A stretch of 64,000 nucleotides of DNA from Hadesarchaea archaeon (GTDB lineage: Archaea > Hadarchaeota > Hadarchaeia > Hadarchaeales > Hadarchaeaceae), in NCBI GenBank assembly GCA_030619825.1, contig JAUXAS010000002.1, positions 3,363 through 67,362 of the forward strand, given 5' to 3'. Positions 9,533 to 19,000 of the stretch are shown one piece after another. Position 1 is the first letter of the stretch; the number at the start of each line of letters is the position of its first letter. The position numbers were made by a program, and so were the translations under genes. The notes below the pieces were generated by a model. It had not been told where the DNA came from and searched no databases. It saw only the letters and a list, made by a program, of their open reading frames with translations.

Positions 9533-9973
9533 ATGGCCAAGTGGCAGGGTAGGTCGCTGAAGAAGTCGAGCGGGGGACGAAAATGGGCCAGTCGGAAGAA
9601 GCGCAGGCGGGAGATGGGGAGTGAGCTCGTCGAAACCAAGCTCGGCCCGACAAAACGAATCGAGCGGCGTGCCCTCGGTGGCAACATAAAAACCAGTTCG
9701 CTCGGTGCCGATATCGCTAACGTCATGGACCTAAAAACAGGAAAAGCAAAAAAATCGAAGATACTCACGGTCGTCGAGAATCCCGCTGACCCACACTTCG
9801 TCCGCAGAAATGTCCTGACGAAGGGGGCGATAATCGAAACCGAACTCGGCCGCGCGCGCGTGACCAACCGACCTGGACAAAGCGGCAGCATCGATGCCGT
9901 GTTGCTCGAGGCCAAACCCGTTGAAGCCGAGAAACCCGCTGAGAAGCCAGCAGTACCCGAAGAAAAGTCATAA
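9533..9973 (+). CDS. rps8e: 30S ribosomal protein S8e
   Basis: MAKWQGRSLKKSSGGRK...RRALGGN.K...NPADPHFVRRNVLTKGAII matches S8e. Confidence 0.9.
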   Translation: MAKWQGRSLKKSSGGRKWASRKKRRREMGSELVETKLGPTKRIERRALGGNIKTSSLGADIANVMDLKTGKAKKSKILTVVENPADPHFVRRNVLTKGAIIETELGRARVTNRPGQSGSIDAVLLEAKPVEAEKPAEKPAVPEEKS

Positions 9974-10381
9974 CATTTGTTGTTTTCCTTTACCTACTAC
10001 GTGCACGACCTTCCATCTTCGCTTTTTCAGCGCCCTTGCTATGAAGCGACGATGGCATGCGCTTGGGCTGGATTCAACGCACATGATTGCTGATGGCTTC
10101 TCGCGCGCGAGTTTCATCAGTTCCTTCAACGCTTGCTTGAACTCATGGGTCCGAGCGTAGACCCCGTAGCCCCCACGATATCCGCCGAGCTCTCGGATGT
10201 GGGCATAACCTATCCCCGTTGTAGGGAGGGTCCGCTGCAGGCTCTCCTTCACGAACTCCGGCCACTTTGAGGTCGGAAAGCGTCGGACATCGATGATGAG
10301 CTCGATACCGAAGCGCTTGAGGAGCTCCACAAAGTCGTCGAACTTGCGGTTCCCATAACCGACCGTGAATATCTTTGGCAT
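9968..10381 (-). CDS. DUF488 family protein
   Basis: IFTVGYGNRKFDDFVELLKRFGIELIIDVRRFP...CVESSPSACHRRFIA is the DUF488 signature. Confidence 0.8.
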   Translation of the reverse strand: MPKIFTVGYGNRKFDDFVELLKRFGIELIIDVRRFPTSKWPEFVKESLQRTLPTTGIGYAHIRELGGYRGGYGVYARTHEFKQALKELMKLAREKPSAIMCVESSPSACHRRFIARALKKRRWKVVHVVGKGKQQML

Positions 10382-10459
10382 ATGAGGGGCCCTGTCACAG
10401 CTATGACATATTAAGCCCCAAGTTTTTTAAAACAGCCGACCGAACTTCGTGCGATTAGC

Positions 10460-11260
10460 ATGCCCCAAATCCAAGTAACGTTAACCCCCGCCGAGTCGAA
10501 GCGGCTAATCGCGAAAGCTGTGGCCGCCCTCCCTGAGGTTAGACAGGCGCTTCGAAGAGGGACGATCGTCATTGGGCTGGGCACAACCAATGCCCGCGTC
10601 GCCGAGGAGTTGCTCGGGAGGAAAATTGAGCGTGGAAAATTCGTGGCGGGCGTAGTTCTGCCGAAGGGAACCTGTGTCATCCCCCGCGAGCAACGCAGGG
10701 GCGGGATCATCGTCCACAGGGGCAAGCCCATCGAAGCCAAGCTCGACGATGTACTCCCCCAGCTCACGGCCGACGATGTCTTCATCAAGGGAGCCAACGC
10801 GCTCGATGCCAGCGGCACGGCGGGAGTTCTCTTGGCATCGCGCCGAGGAGGCACGGTGGGCAGGGCGTTGGGGTTGGTGGTAGCGCGGGGCGTGAACCTC
10901 ATCATCCCCGTTGGGCTCGAGAAGTTCATCCCCGGCTCGATCCAAGGGGTCTCCAAAACTGCTGGAATCTTTCGTGCTAGCTACGCCACCGGCTGCCCCC
11001 TAGGCATCATGCCCGTTGTGGGAAAAATCATCACCGAAATCGAGGCCTTCGAGATCCTGACGGGCGGGGAGGCCATCCCCATGGGCAAGGGAGGCATCTC
11101 GGGTGCCGAGGGGAGCATTACCTTGCTCGTTCGAGGGACACCTAAACAGCTCGGAAAGGCCCGAAGTCTGATAAATGGTATAAAGGGCGAACCAAGTACG
11201 AAAGTGGAAACCGAATGCAAAACCTGCAATCAACAAGATTGTTGGCTCAGAAAGGGCTAG
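10460..11260 (+). CDS. Conserved hypothetical protein (family not recognised)
   Basis: 266-aa ORF with genome-typical GC3-rich codons, Gly-rich segments and a C-terminal CKTCNQQDC. No motif I can name. Confidence 0.5.
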   Translation: MPQIQVTLTPAESKRLIAKAVAALPEVRQALRRGTIVIGLGTTNARVAEELLGRKIERGKFVAGVVLPKGTCVIPREQRRGGIIVHRGKPIEAKLDDVLPQLTADDVFIKGANALDASGTAGVLLASRRGGTVGRALGLVVARGVNLIIPVGLEKFIPGSIQGVSKTAGIFRASYATGCPLGIMPVVGKIITEIEAFEILTGGEAIPMGKGGISGAEGSITLLVRGTPKQLGKARSLINGIKGEPSTKVETECKTCNQQDCWLRKG

Positions 11261-11589
11261 CCCCTTCCCTCGTAAGTGCGAGGTTTGGATCGGCGTTCGG
11301 TGGTCGGCCCCGCTAGGCTACCCGTTATCACCTCGTCAACGCTGTGGACGACGCCGCCCCACTCCTCAATCGCAGAGCGTATTATGCCATAATCTAGCTT
11401 ACCTTCAACGGTGACCTTGAGGGACTCGGTGTCCTTGTCGATCTCGATGAGCGTCACGTTCACCCCGTCGACGCCCGGCACCGAGCTAAGTTTCGTCGCG
11501 AACTCCGGCAGTGTGGGGCTGTGCGGCTTAAGCACATCAAGTACAAGCCTGCGAAGCTTTCGGGCACTGGACCTTCTAATTCTAACCAT
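11257..11589 (-). CDS. DUF211 family protein
   Basis: RRLVLDVLKPHSPTLPEFATKLSSVPGVDGVNVTLIEIDKDTESLKVTVEG matches the DUF211 pattern. Confidence 0.75.
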   Translation of the reverse strand: MVRIRRSSARKLRRLVLDVLKPHSPTLPEFATKLSSVPGVDGVNVTLIEIDKDTESLKVTVEGKLDYGIIRSAIEEWGGVVHSVDEVITGSLAGPTTERRSKPRTYEGRG

Positions 11590-11729
11590 TCAATCCTCAC
11601 CTCATAATGAACCTCTGATTGCTTAAGAATTTTCATGCTTGCCGAGAGGCAGCCAACCGTGTCTTTTAAATAATACGAAAAGCTTAAATATCGATATATG
11701 AACCCATTTTTAAATTTTTGGATGATCAA

Positions 11730-11987
11730 ATGCGCAAGTTAGGTAAGGTCATCCACCTCACCAATCGCGGGCTCGTGCTGCGCGCCGAGCATGTGCCAAA
11801 TCTCGGTGGAGCGGTATACGATGGCGCAGGCGAGCGCATAGGGCGCGTGCTTGACCTGTTCGGGCCCGTCGCGGCGCCCTACGCCGTGATAAAACCCGAC
11901 CGAGGGCTCACTCAAGCCGGCCTCGGAAAGCTCATCGGTGGGCCCCTATATATGGGGGAGAGATATGGAAAGACCCGAAAAGCATAA
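11730..11987 (+). CDS. gar1: H/ACA RNP complex subunit Gar1
   Basis: [20 protein letters not shown]...[19 protein letters not shown] is the Gar1 core. Overlaps the tfb start. Confidence 0.8.
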   Translation: MRKLGKVIHLTNRGLVLRAEHVPNLGGAVYDGAGERIGRVLDLFGPVAAPYAVIKPDRGLTQAGLGKLIGGPLYMGERYGKTRKA

Positions 11988-12885
11988 AAAGTGCTCGGAG
12001 TGCGGAAGCGGAAAGCTCGTGCGTGACTACGAGCGCGCCGAGCTAGTGTGCGCTGGGTGCGGCTTCGTCATCCACGACAAGATCATGGATATGGGGCCCG
12101 AGTGGAGGGCCTTCGACCAGGAGCAGCGGGAGCGCCGAGGGCGGGTTGGAGCACCTATGACCTTCACGATTCACGATAAAGGATTGTCAACGATGATCGA
12201 CTGGCGAGACCGTGACTCGCACGGGAAGGACCTGACGCCCAAACGTCGCGCTCAGATTTACCGCCTGCGAAAGTGGCAGCGCCGAATTCGGGTCTCCGAC
12301 GCGACCGAGCGCAACCTGGCCTTCGCGCTCTCGGAGATCGACCGGATGTCCTCACACCTGGGTCTGCCCCGAAACGTGCGTGAGGCTGCGGCGGTCATCT
12401 ACCGGCGGGCTGTTGAAGAGCGATTGATTCGAGGGCGTTCGATCGAGGGCGTTGCCGCAGCGGCCCTCTACGCTGCCTGCCGGGAGTGCAAGGTTCCCCG
12501 GACGCTCGACGAAATTGCAGATGTCTCGCGGGTGACCAAGAAGGAAATCGGGCGAAGCTACAGGTTCATCGCTCGTGAGCTGCTCATCCACCTGCGCCCG
12601 ACGAGCCCGACGGACTACATCCCGCGTTTCGGGTCTGAGCTGGGGCTTAGCGGCGAGGTCCAGTCGAAAGCTATCGAGCTGCTCAAGGAGGCGACGAAGA
12701 AGGGGCTGACCTCTGGGCGGGGGCCGACGGGTGTGGCGGCTGCGGCAATCTACATCGCGAGCGTGCTGTACGGCGAGCGGCGGACGCAGCGGGATGTGGC
12801 AGATGTGGCGCGAGTGACGGAGGTCACCGTGAGAAACAGGTATAAGGAACTTTGCGAGAAGCTGGGGCTAGATGTTGAACTTTAG
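11965..12885 (+). CDS. tfb: Transcription initiation factor IIB (TFB)
   Basis: N-terminal ribbon [25 protein letters not shown]-finger/linker and two cyclin folds ([13 protein letters not shown]..., [16 protein letters not shown]). Confidence 0.92.
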   Translation: MERPEKHKKCSECGSGKLVRDYERAELVCAGCGFVIHDKIMDMGPEWRAFDQEQRERRGRVGAPMTFTIHDKGLSTMIDWRDRDSHGKDLTPKRRAQIYRLRKWQRRIRVSDATERNLAFALSEIDRMSSHLGLPRNVREAAAVIYRRAVEERLIRGRSIEGVAAAALYAACRECKVPRTLDEIADVSRVTKKEIGRSYRFIARELLIHLRPTSPTDYIPRFGSELGLSGEVQSKAIELLKEATKKGLTSGRGPTGVAAAAIYIASVLYGERRTQRDVADVARVTEVTVRNRYKELCEKLGLDVEL

Positions 12886-12892
12886 AGCTTTG

Positions 12893-12950
12893 TTTTTCCC
12901 TTATTTTTACTTTTAATGCATTTTTCCCCTTTGTTTTTTTGAATACTTTC
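12893..12950 (+). terminator. Oligo-T tracts downstream of tfb
   Basis: Runs TTTTT, TTTTT, TTTTT and TTTTTTT lie within 60 nt after the tfb stop. This is the archaeal intrinsic termination signal type. Confidence 0.4.
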
Positions 12951-13012
12951 GGTACCCCTGGCTCTGGGCGCCTGCGGAAGGCAAAAGTAGCACTGGCTCA
13001 AACGTTTAATCG

Positions 13013-13441
13013 ATGCCGCGCGGAACCTACGTGCTCCTCACCCACGTGCCCTACGACCTCGTGATTAGCGTGGGCGAGCTCGGCAATCTCTCCTTTAAGG
13101 CGGGCTACTACGCCTACGTCGGCTCGGCTCTCGGCGGCCTCGAGGCACGTGTCGGGCGCCATCTGAGGCGAAAGAAGCTCGCGCGCTGGCACATCGACTA
13201 CCTGCTCGCTCGAGCCCGTGCGGTCGATGTCGTCGTCGCAGAGAGTGAGGAACGAAAGGAGTGCGCGGTCGCAGGGGAGCTCGCGAAGAACCTCTCAAGC
13301 ATCCGGGGTTTCGGCTCGAGCGATTGCAAGTGCGAGAGTCACCTCTTTTACAGTCCGGACCCCCGTGAGCTGCTCCGACAGGTATTGCTCGGGTTCAAAG
13401 CTTGTGGGCTCAAGCCGAAGAAAGGTGTTAGATACGGCTAA
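13013..13441 (+). CDS. DUF123 (GIY-YIG-like nuclease superfamily) protein
   Basis: YVLLTHV...GYYAYVGSALGGLEARVGRHLRRKKLARWHIDYL...GFGSSDCKCESHLFY fits DUF123. Confidence 0.75.
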   Translation: MPRGTYVLLTHVPYDLVISVGELGNLSFKAGYYAYVGSALGGLEARVGRHLRRKKLARWHIDYLLARARAVDVVVAESEERKECAVAGELAKNLSSIRGFGSSDCKCESHLFYSPDPRELLRQVLLGFKACGLKPKKGVRYG

Positions 13442-14042
13442 GCAACGGCGTGAGCGAAAGCGTGAGCATTTTTACCGCATGGCGAAGCGGACGGGCTACA
13501 GGTCGAGAGCAGCCTACAAGGTCAAGCAGCTAAATGAACGCTACAATCTGTTGCGACGTGGCGATGTCGTCGTGGACCTAGGGGCTGCCCCCGGGGGGTG
13601 GCTTCAGGTTGCGCGCGAGGAGGTTGGCGAAGGGGGGTTCGTGCTGGGCGTCGACCTTCAAGAGATCACAAAACTCCCCTATGAAAACGTTAAAACCATC
13701 GTGGCGGACATCACCAACGCCTCGACACCAGAACTGACCAGAAATAACCTTTCTCGCGCAGCAGATGTAGTACTCTCCGATGCATCGCCAAAAATCTCGG
13801 GGATTTGGAGCGTCGACCATGCTCGCTCGGTTGAACTCGCTCGCGCCGCAATAGCGATCACCGAGCGGGTGCTGGCGCCGGGCGGGAGGTTGCTCGTCAA
13901 GGTTTTTCAAGGTGAGTTCTTCGAGGGCTTCGTGGGGGAAGTCAGGGAAAAATTTGAATTCGTAAAGATTTCCAAACCGCTCGCCTCGCGCAAGGGGAGC
14001 GCCGAGGCCTACGTCATCGCCAAAGGATTCACGCACTTTTGA
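13425..14042 (+). CDS. rlmE: 23S rRNA (uridine-2'-O)-methyltransferase RlmE/FtsJ
   Basis: YRMAKRTGYRSRAAYKVKQLNERY, VVDLGAAPGGW, VVLSDASPKISG and KVFQGE are the conserved motifs. GTG 13425 is proposed as the start (ATG 13479 is the alternative). The longer track ORF from 13218 is an upstream extension into the DUF123 gene. Confidence 0.85.
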   Translation: MLDTAKQRRERKREHFYRMAKRTGYRSRAAYKVKQLNERYNLLRRGDVVVDLGAAPGGWLQVAREEVGEGGFVLGVDLQEITKLPYENVKTIVADITNASTPELTRNNLSRAADVVLSDASPKISGIWSVDHARSVELARAAIAITERVLAPGGRLLVKVFQGEFFEGFVGEVREKFEFVKISKPLASRKGSAEAYVIAKGFTHF

Positions 14043-15195
14043 AAATTTTGACGATTTCATCCATGGGCGCGTTGGTCCTGAAGCCTGTGCCGGAGAAATG
14101 GGTGCGCGAAGCGAAGTAACCTAGTCCCCTAAGCTTTCTTATGAGTCCGATAATTTTTGGTGGCGAAGCTCCCGCGCGCTTCGCGAGCTCGTGCATGTCG
14201 TAAAACATCGGTGGCCCATCAGCTTCCTCGGCACAGCGAGCCAAAAGCACGAGCTCCTGTTGCCCAAATTTAAAGTTTCGCTTCACCAAATCTCCCGCAA
14301 CCTCATGGACGAACGCTAGGTCTATTAAACTCCCGAGCCAAAGCGGGCCAGCATGAATAAATTTGTTGCCGCACTCACACGAACTCGGTAACCCAGCCGC
14401 TGTGCCTTGGGTGAACTTCCTCCGTCCGCAAGCGCTGCAGTGCGACACGTATCCTTGCTGTGCCAAGAGCTCGTCCGCAACACTTGGACTCCTTCGCGCT
14501 CGCAGGTAAACCCTGAAATAGTGTCTCGTGGCATGCGCGAGCACGGGTGCCAGCGCTAGTCCGTGCTTCCCCGCGACGCGCTGAACGAAACCAACGAGAA
14601 TTCGTATGCCAAGCTCGTGGCAGTACTCCGTCTTGAGCGGCCTAGCGCCATATCTCCGCAAACATGCTTTCGCGTGGGTCCCAGAGAGCGGTGCGGTGTC
14701 GGTAGCAGTTACGGCTAGCATGCCCCTCCGGGCGAGCGCGGCACATGCTGCATCGACGAATGGCGCGGGAGAACCGAACGGGTCGAGGTCCACGAAGTTG
14801 AACCTACCGCGGTTCTCCCATAACAAAACATTCGCATCTTCGTTCCGCACCTCGACGAGCGAAGCCAGACCGTTGAGCTCAACATTTCGCTTGGCCAACT
14901 CGGACGCCTCTCGAGAGCGATCGTTGGCGACGACCTTTGCGATGCCCTGAACTTCTTTAGCATAGCGCAGCCCGCGGGCCCCAACGCCTGCAAGTGGATC
15001 GCAAACCCGGATGCTGCCCAACTCACCGGCCAAAACTTGCACCGCCGAAACCGAGATATCACGAGAGGGTTCCATGTGGGGGTTGTAAAATACGGGCGCA
15101 AGCGATGGTGCGTAGTCCCCCGCCCGGGTGCGGAAGTGCTCGAGCTCAGGCACCTCAAGCTTCGTCGTGCCCTCGCCCACGAGTTCGGTTCGCAA
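14029..15195 (-). CDS. trm1: tRNA (guanine26-N2)-dimethyltransferase Trm1
   Basis: VFYNPHMEPSRDISV, VCDPLAGVGARGLRYA, DLDPFGSPAPFVD and a Cys-rich insertion. Start proposed at TTG 15195 (MRTELVGEGTTKLEVP) because the longer ORF runs into the divergent minD-like start. Confidence 0.8.
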   Translation of the reverse strand: MRTELVGEGTTKLEVPELEHFRTRAGDYAPSLAPVFYNPHMEPSRDISVSAVQVLAGELGSIRVCDPLAGVGARGLRYAKEVQGIAKVVANDRSREASELAKRNVELNGLASLVEVRNEDANVLLWENRGRFNFVDLDPFGSPAPFVDAACAALARRGMLAVTATDTAPLSGTHAKACLRRYGARPLKTEYCHELGIRILVGFVQRVAGKHGLALAPVLAHATRHYFRVYLRARRSPSVADELLAQQGYVSHCSACGRRKFTQGTAAGLPSSCECGNKFIHAGPLWLGSLIDLAFVHEVAGDLVKRNFKFGQQELVLLARCAEEADGPPMFYDMHELAKRAGASPPKIIGLIRKLRGLGYFASRTHFSGTGFRTNAPMDEIVKIFKSA

Positions 15196-15223
15196 GTTAC
15201 CCCCAGCCCCGATTAAACCTCCC

Positions 15224-15232
15224 TTTATAAAA
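15224..15232. promoter_or_regulatory. Candidate shared (bidirectional) TATA box between trm1 and the minD-like gene
   Basis: TTTATAAAA lies about 30 nt from the proposed trm1 start (15195) and about 35 nt from the minD-like ATG (15264). Confidence 0.4.
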
Positions 15233-15263
15233 GAAGAACACGAACTTGTAAAAGGGTGCATGG

Positions 15264-16055
15264 ATGCCGAAGAGGGGCTTCCAGGAGCTCTTATCTCTCC
15301 TAAAGCCAAAACGTGAACGCGGGATCAAGATAAAGTTAAAACGTGCTAGGACGATCGGCATCTTTTCATGCAAGGGTGGCGTCGGGAAAACGACGACGGT
15401 GGCAAACGTTGGATTATGCTTGGCCAGCTATTTTGGGGGCGATGTTTTGGTGGTTGACGCAAACTTCGGTGCACCGAATTTGGGCCTGCACTTGGGCGAA
15501 CTAAACCCGAGTGTAACCATCCACGATGCCTTGGCTGGGGAGGTGCCTATCGAGGAGACGATTACGAAGCACCATGGCTTGCAAACTATCCTCGGCTCGA
15601 TCGCGTACGGGGAGGAGATCCATCTCATCGATCTAGGGGATTACTTGAGGCCCCTGAAGAAAAAACACAAGGTGATCCTCATCGACTCTGCACCTGGTAT
15701 CGGGGCCGAGGTGGTCGCCGCAATGAAGGCGTGCGATGAGATGTTTATCGTCACCAACCCCCATATCCCGACCATCGCGAGCACCCTCAAAACCTTCCGT
15801 ATGGCGGAGCGGTTCAAAATCCCGATAATCGGTGTAGTCGTGAACAGGGTCCGAGGAGAGCCTTTTGAGCTCCCCATCAAAGATGTGAAGAAGGCCTTGG
15901 GGTGGCCGATCATCGCTGTCGTGCCAGAGGATTCCAAAGTCCGCCAAAGCACCGCAGTCGGCGTCCCCATCGCGCACTATAAGCCCAAGTCCCGAGCAGC
16001 GGTTGAGTTCCGGAGGCTAAGCGAATTCCTGATTGAACATGTCGCGAAGGGCTGA
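15264..16055 (+). CDS. MinD/ParA-family P-loop ATPase (archaeal MinD-like)
   Basis: Deviant Walker A IGIFSCKGGVGKTTTVAN and Walker B VILIDSAPGIG. Confidence 0.8.
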   Translation: MPKRGFQELLSLLKPKRERGIKIKLKRARTIGIFSCKGGVGKTTTVANVGLCLASYFGGDVLVVDANFGAPNLGLHLGELNPSVTIHDALAGEVPIEETITKHHGLQTILGSIAYGEEIHLIDLGDYLRPLKKKHKVILIDSAPGIGAEVVAAMKACDEMFIVTNPHIPTIASTLKTFRMAERFKIPIIGVVVNRVRGEPFELPIKDVKKALGWPIIAVVPEDSKVRQSTAVGVPIAHYKPKSRAAVEFRRLSEFLIEHVAKG

Positions 16056-16089
16056 CTCAGCGACGCTAGCGCTCAAATTCCTCCGTTTT

Positions 16090-19000
16090 TCATGTGTGAT
16101 GTGCCTCAGCCGAAGATTTCCTACTGCGTTTTTTCTTTAACTTGCCCACCGCTTTCTCCAGCCGCTTGAGTATGAAGTAGGGCTCGTGAATAGGCTTCGG
16201 GGGTCTCTTTAACTTATATAACCTGTAAGCTAAAGCGGAGCCACCGAGCGCCACTCCGAGCGATAGCAATACGTAGAATACGATGGGCACAGCTGGAGGC
16301 ACACGCTTCTCGCCCGCCGCCGCGAACAGCGAGAACCTAGACGTGGTCGCCTCGTAGTAGAGGTAGGTGGAGTCAGCTCTAACCGCCCTTGTCGACAACC
16401 TCTGCCATCCGCTGCTATACCTGAACAGCTTGATCGTGCCCTCATCGATATCGTTCTGCTCGATCCAAGATCTCAACACCCTAAACTCAACCTCCGTGGA
16501 GCTGATGTTGGCTGCTGTAACGTTTGTGGTGACGATCCCGAAGTAGGGGTAGATCACTCCACTCGGCACAGCCACCTGCTCGGGACTCCCGGCAAACTCC
16601 TCAACCGTGATTTGTAGAGCGCTAACCCCAGCATCAATCACATCTTGCGTCACGGTTATCGATACTTTCACTATGAAAATACGATAGGACGTGAAGTCTG
16701 CCGTGACAGTCCCGCTCGCGGGTATGGGTCCGATCGTGACGGTAGGTATCTCGACCCTGACGACCAATAACCAAGCGTCTGTCCACCCACCGACGTTTCC
16801 GGCCCCGTCGATCGCCCGGACTCGCCAGTGATAAGTGCCCTCGGCCAACGCCTCCGAAACACTGAGCTGGTACACCGAAGTCGTGAGTCCGACCTTGCTC
16901 AGGACAGGCGAGCTGAAGTCCGAGCTGTCATCGACGACCAGCTCGTAGGCAACGCCGGAGAGGTCAGTGATATCAGCCCAATTGAATGTCGGCGCGGTTT
17001 CGTCGGTCATCGCTGTATCTGCGGGGGACACTAGTTGAATTGCGGGTGGCGCCGTGCGATCGACACCGCATCGAGCCTCGACCTGTATCTTGGCTGGCTC
17101 CTCGTTGGAATTGTCATCCTTGGATATGGAGTGGAACTCGTAGTACCCATCGCCCTTGGGTGCGGTGAACGACCACGACCAGGGTTCGACGCTGTCGACC
17201 CCGAATAGCGTCCAGCTGTCCCAGCTCGAGTTGTTGGTCGAGTAGCGGTACCAGAGCGCGACGTCGGTCAGATAGCCATCGTTGTCGCTTGCAGTTGCTG
17301 TGATGGTGAAGGGCGTGGCCGTCTGCCAGTAAGGCGTGATGGCATCCACGGATGAGATTGGGATTTCGGGCGGTGCAAGGGTGATCGTCAGCCCATAAGT
17401 TGTCGAACGGATCTTTCCATCCTCGCCCGTGCCCGTGATCGTTATCGTGTAGGTGCCCGTGGGAGCGCCCCTGCCCACGCTCATAGTGAGCGTCGAGTCG
17501 GAGCTCGGGGTGCCGTTATCTGGTGAGAAGGTGACCGTGACGCCGCTCGGCTGACCGCTCGCGGTGAGGTCGACCGTGTAGCTGTATCCCTCGATCGCCG
17601 TGACGGTGACGGTCGCCGTCGTGGAGCTGCCCTGCACGACCTCGTCACTCGTCGGGCTCACCGAGATGCTGAAGTCCGGCGCAGGTGGAGGTGGAGGCGG
17701 TGGCGGAGGCGGTGGTGCGGTGGACACTGTTAGAGACCAAGTGTTTGACCAGTCTCCCACGTTGCCTGCATTATCAATCGCTCGAACGCACCAAGAGTAA
17801 TCACCATCCGAGAGGGCCTTGCCGCTTGTGAGCGTGTAAGTTGAGGTGGTCAATCCGGTCTTGGTCAGCGTTCCTATGATCTCCAGCGTGTAGGTGACAC
17901 CCGATGGGTCGGTGACATCGGACCAGTCGAAGGTCGGTGTGGTATCATCGGTAGTCGTTCCGTCCGCTGGCAGGTAGAGAGTTGGCTTGGACGGGTAGAC
18001 GGGGGCCCCGATTACGCCCGTCCACGTTTCGATAAGCTGCCACGCGGCCGGGGCTTCAACCGTTCCCGTCCAGGTCTCGATCAACTGCCAAGCGGCAGGA
18101 GCCTGAATGGTTCCTGTCCACGTCTCGATCAGTTGCCACGTAATTGGAGCTTCGACCGTCCCAGTCCATGCTTCGATCAGGTTCCACGCACCAACCACCA
18201 CCTCGAAAGTCCACATGTTATCGGACCAGTTGTCGCCTTGGGCGTTGCGCGCGCAGACCTTCCAGTAGTAGTTGTCCAGCGGCAGCTCAGTCGTCGGGGT
18301 GAAGGAATTATCGCCGATTATCGTGTTGTCTATTGCGTTTTCCCCATCCGCGAAGTTCGGATCGTTGTCGACTACCAGTCTGTGGTTCTCCGCATTCGTC
18401 CCGTTCTCCCATTCGAAGTAAGGGGTGTTGTCGTAGGTCTTGGTAGCGTTCTCGGGCAGGTAGAGCACGGGCTGCCCAGGTGGGGCTTGGATCGTGAGCT
18501 TGAAGTTATCGGCCCATGAGCTTTGGTTGTTTGCAGCATCAACGGCACGGGCGCGCCAGTAGTACACACCGTCCGATGCGAAAGTATAGATGTACGAGTT
18601 GTCCGCGAGCCCGATGTTCTCGTGCACATAGAGTGAAGCGAACGAGGTCTCGTTGTCGATCTGGATGTCGTAGGTGACGCCGGGCTCGGGCTCGCTCCAA
18701 GTGAAGGTCTGGGTGAGATTACTTCCAACCGCATTGTTCTCCGGTAATACCAACGTGGGCGCCGACGGCGCCTGGGTGTCCACCACTAGCGTCCAAGTCT
18801 CCGCAGACTCATTCTCGCCCTGCGCGTTGATCGCGATTACCTTCCACGAGTAGTTATCATCGGGTAAGCTGTTTTCATCCGCTATGGTGTAGTTATTATC
18901 AAGCACAATTCGATTCTCTTCTGGCGATGAGAAGTCTGGGTCGTTGTCGACGAGCAACCGATGATTATCGGCGTTCGTACCATTCTCCCACTCAAAGTAG

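Noticed and set aside
13218-13424. The 5' extension of the rlmE ORF (track ORF 13218..14042) could suggest a fusion or programmed frameshift with the DUF123 gene.
   Set aside because: The extension is the alternative frame of the DUF123 coding sequence with an Arg/Ser-rich nonsense-like translation. RlmE homology begins near 13425-13479.
16090-16260. Considered a PGF-CTERM archaeosortase signal at the C-terminus of the giant surface protein.
   Set aside because: The PGF-pre-PGF-like domain is followed by an ordinary TM helix and a long basic cytoplasmic tail (about 55 residues), not a terminal PGF motif plus a short tail.
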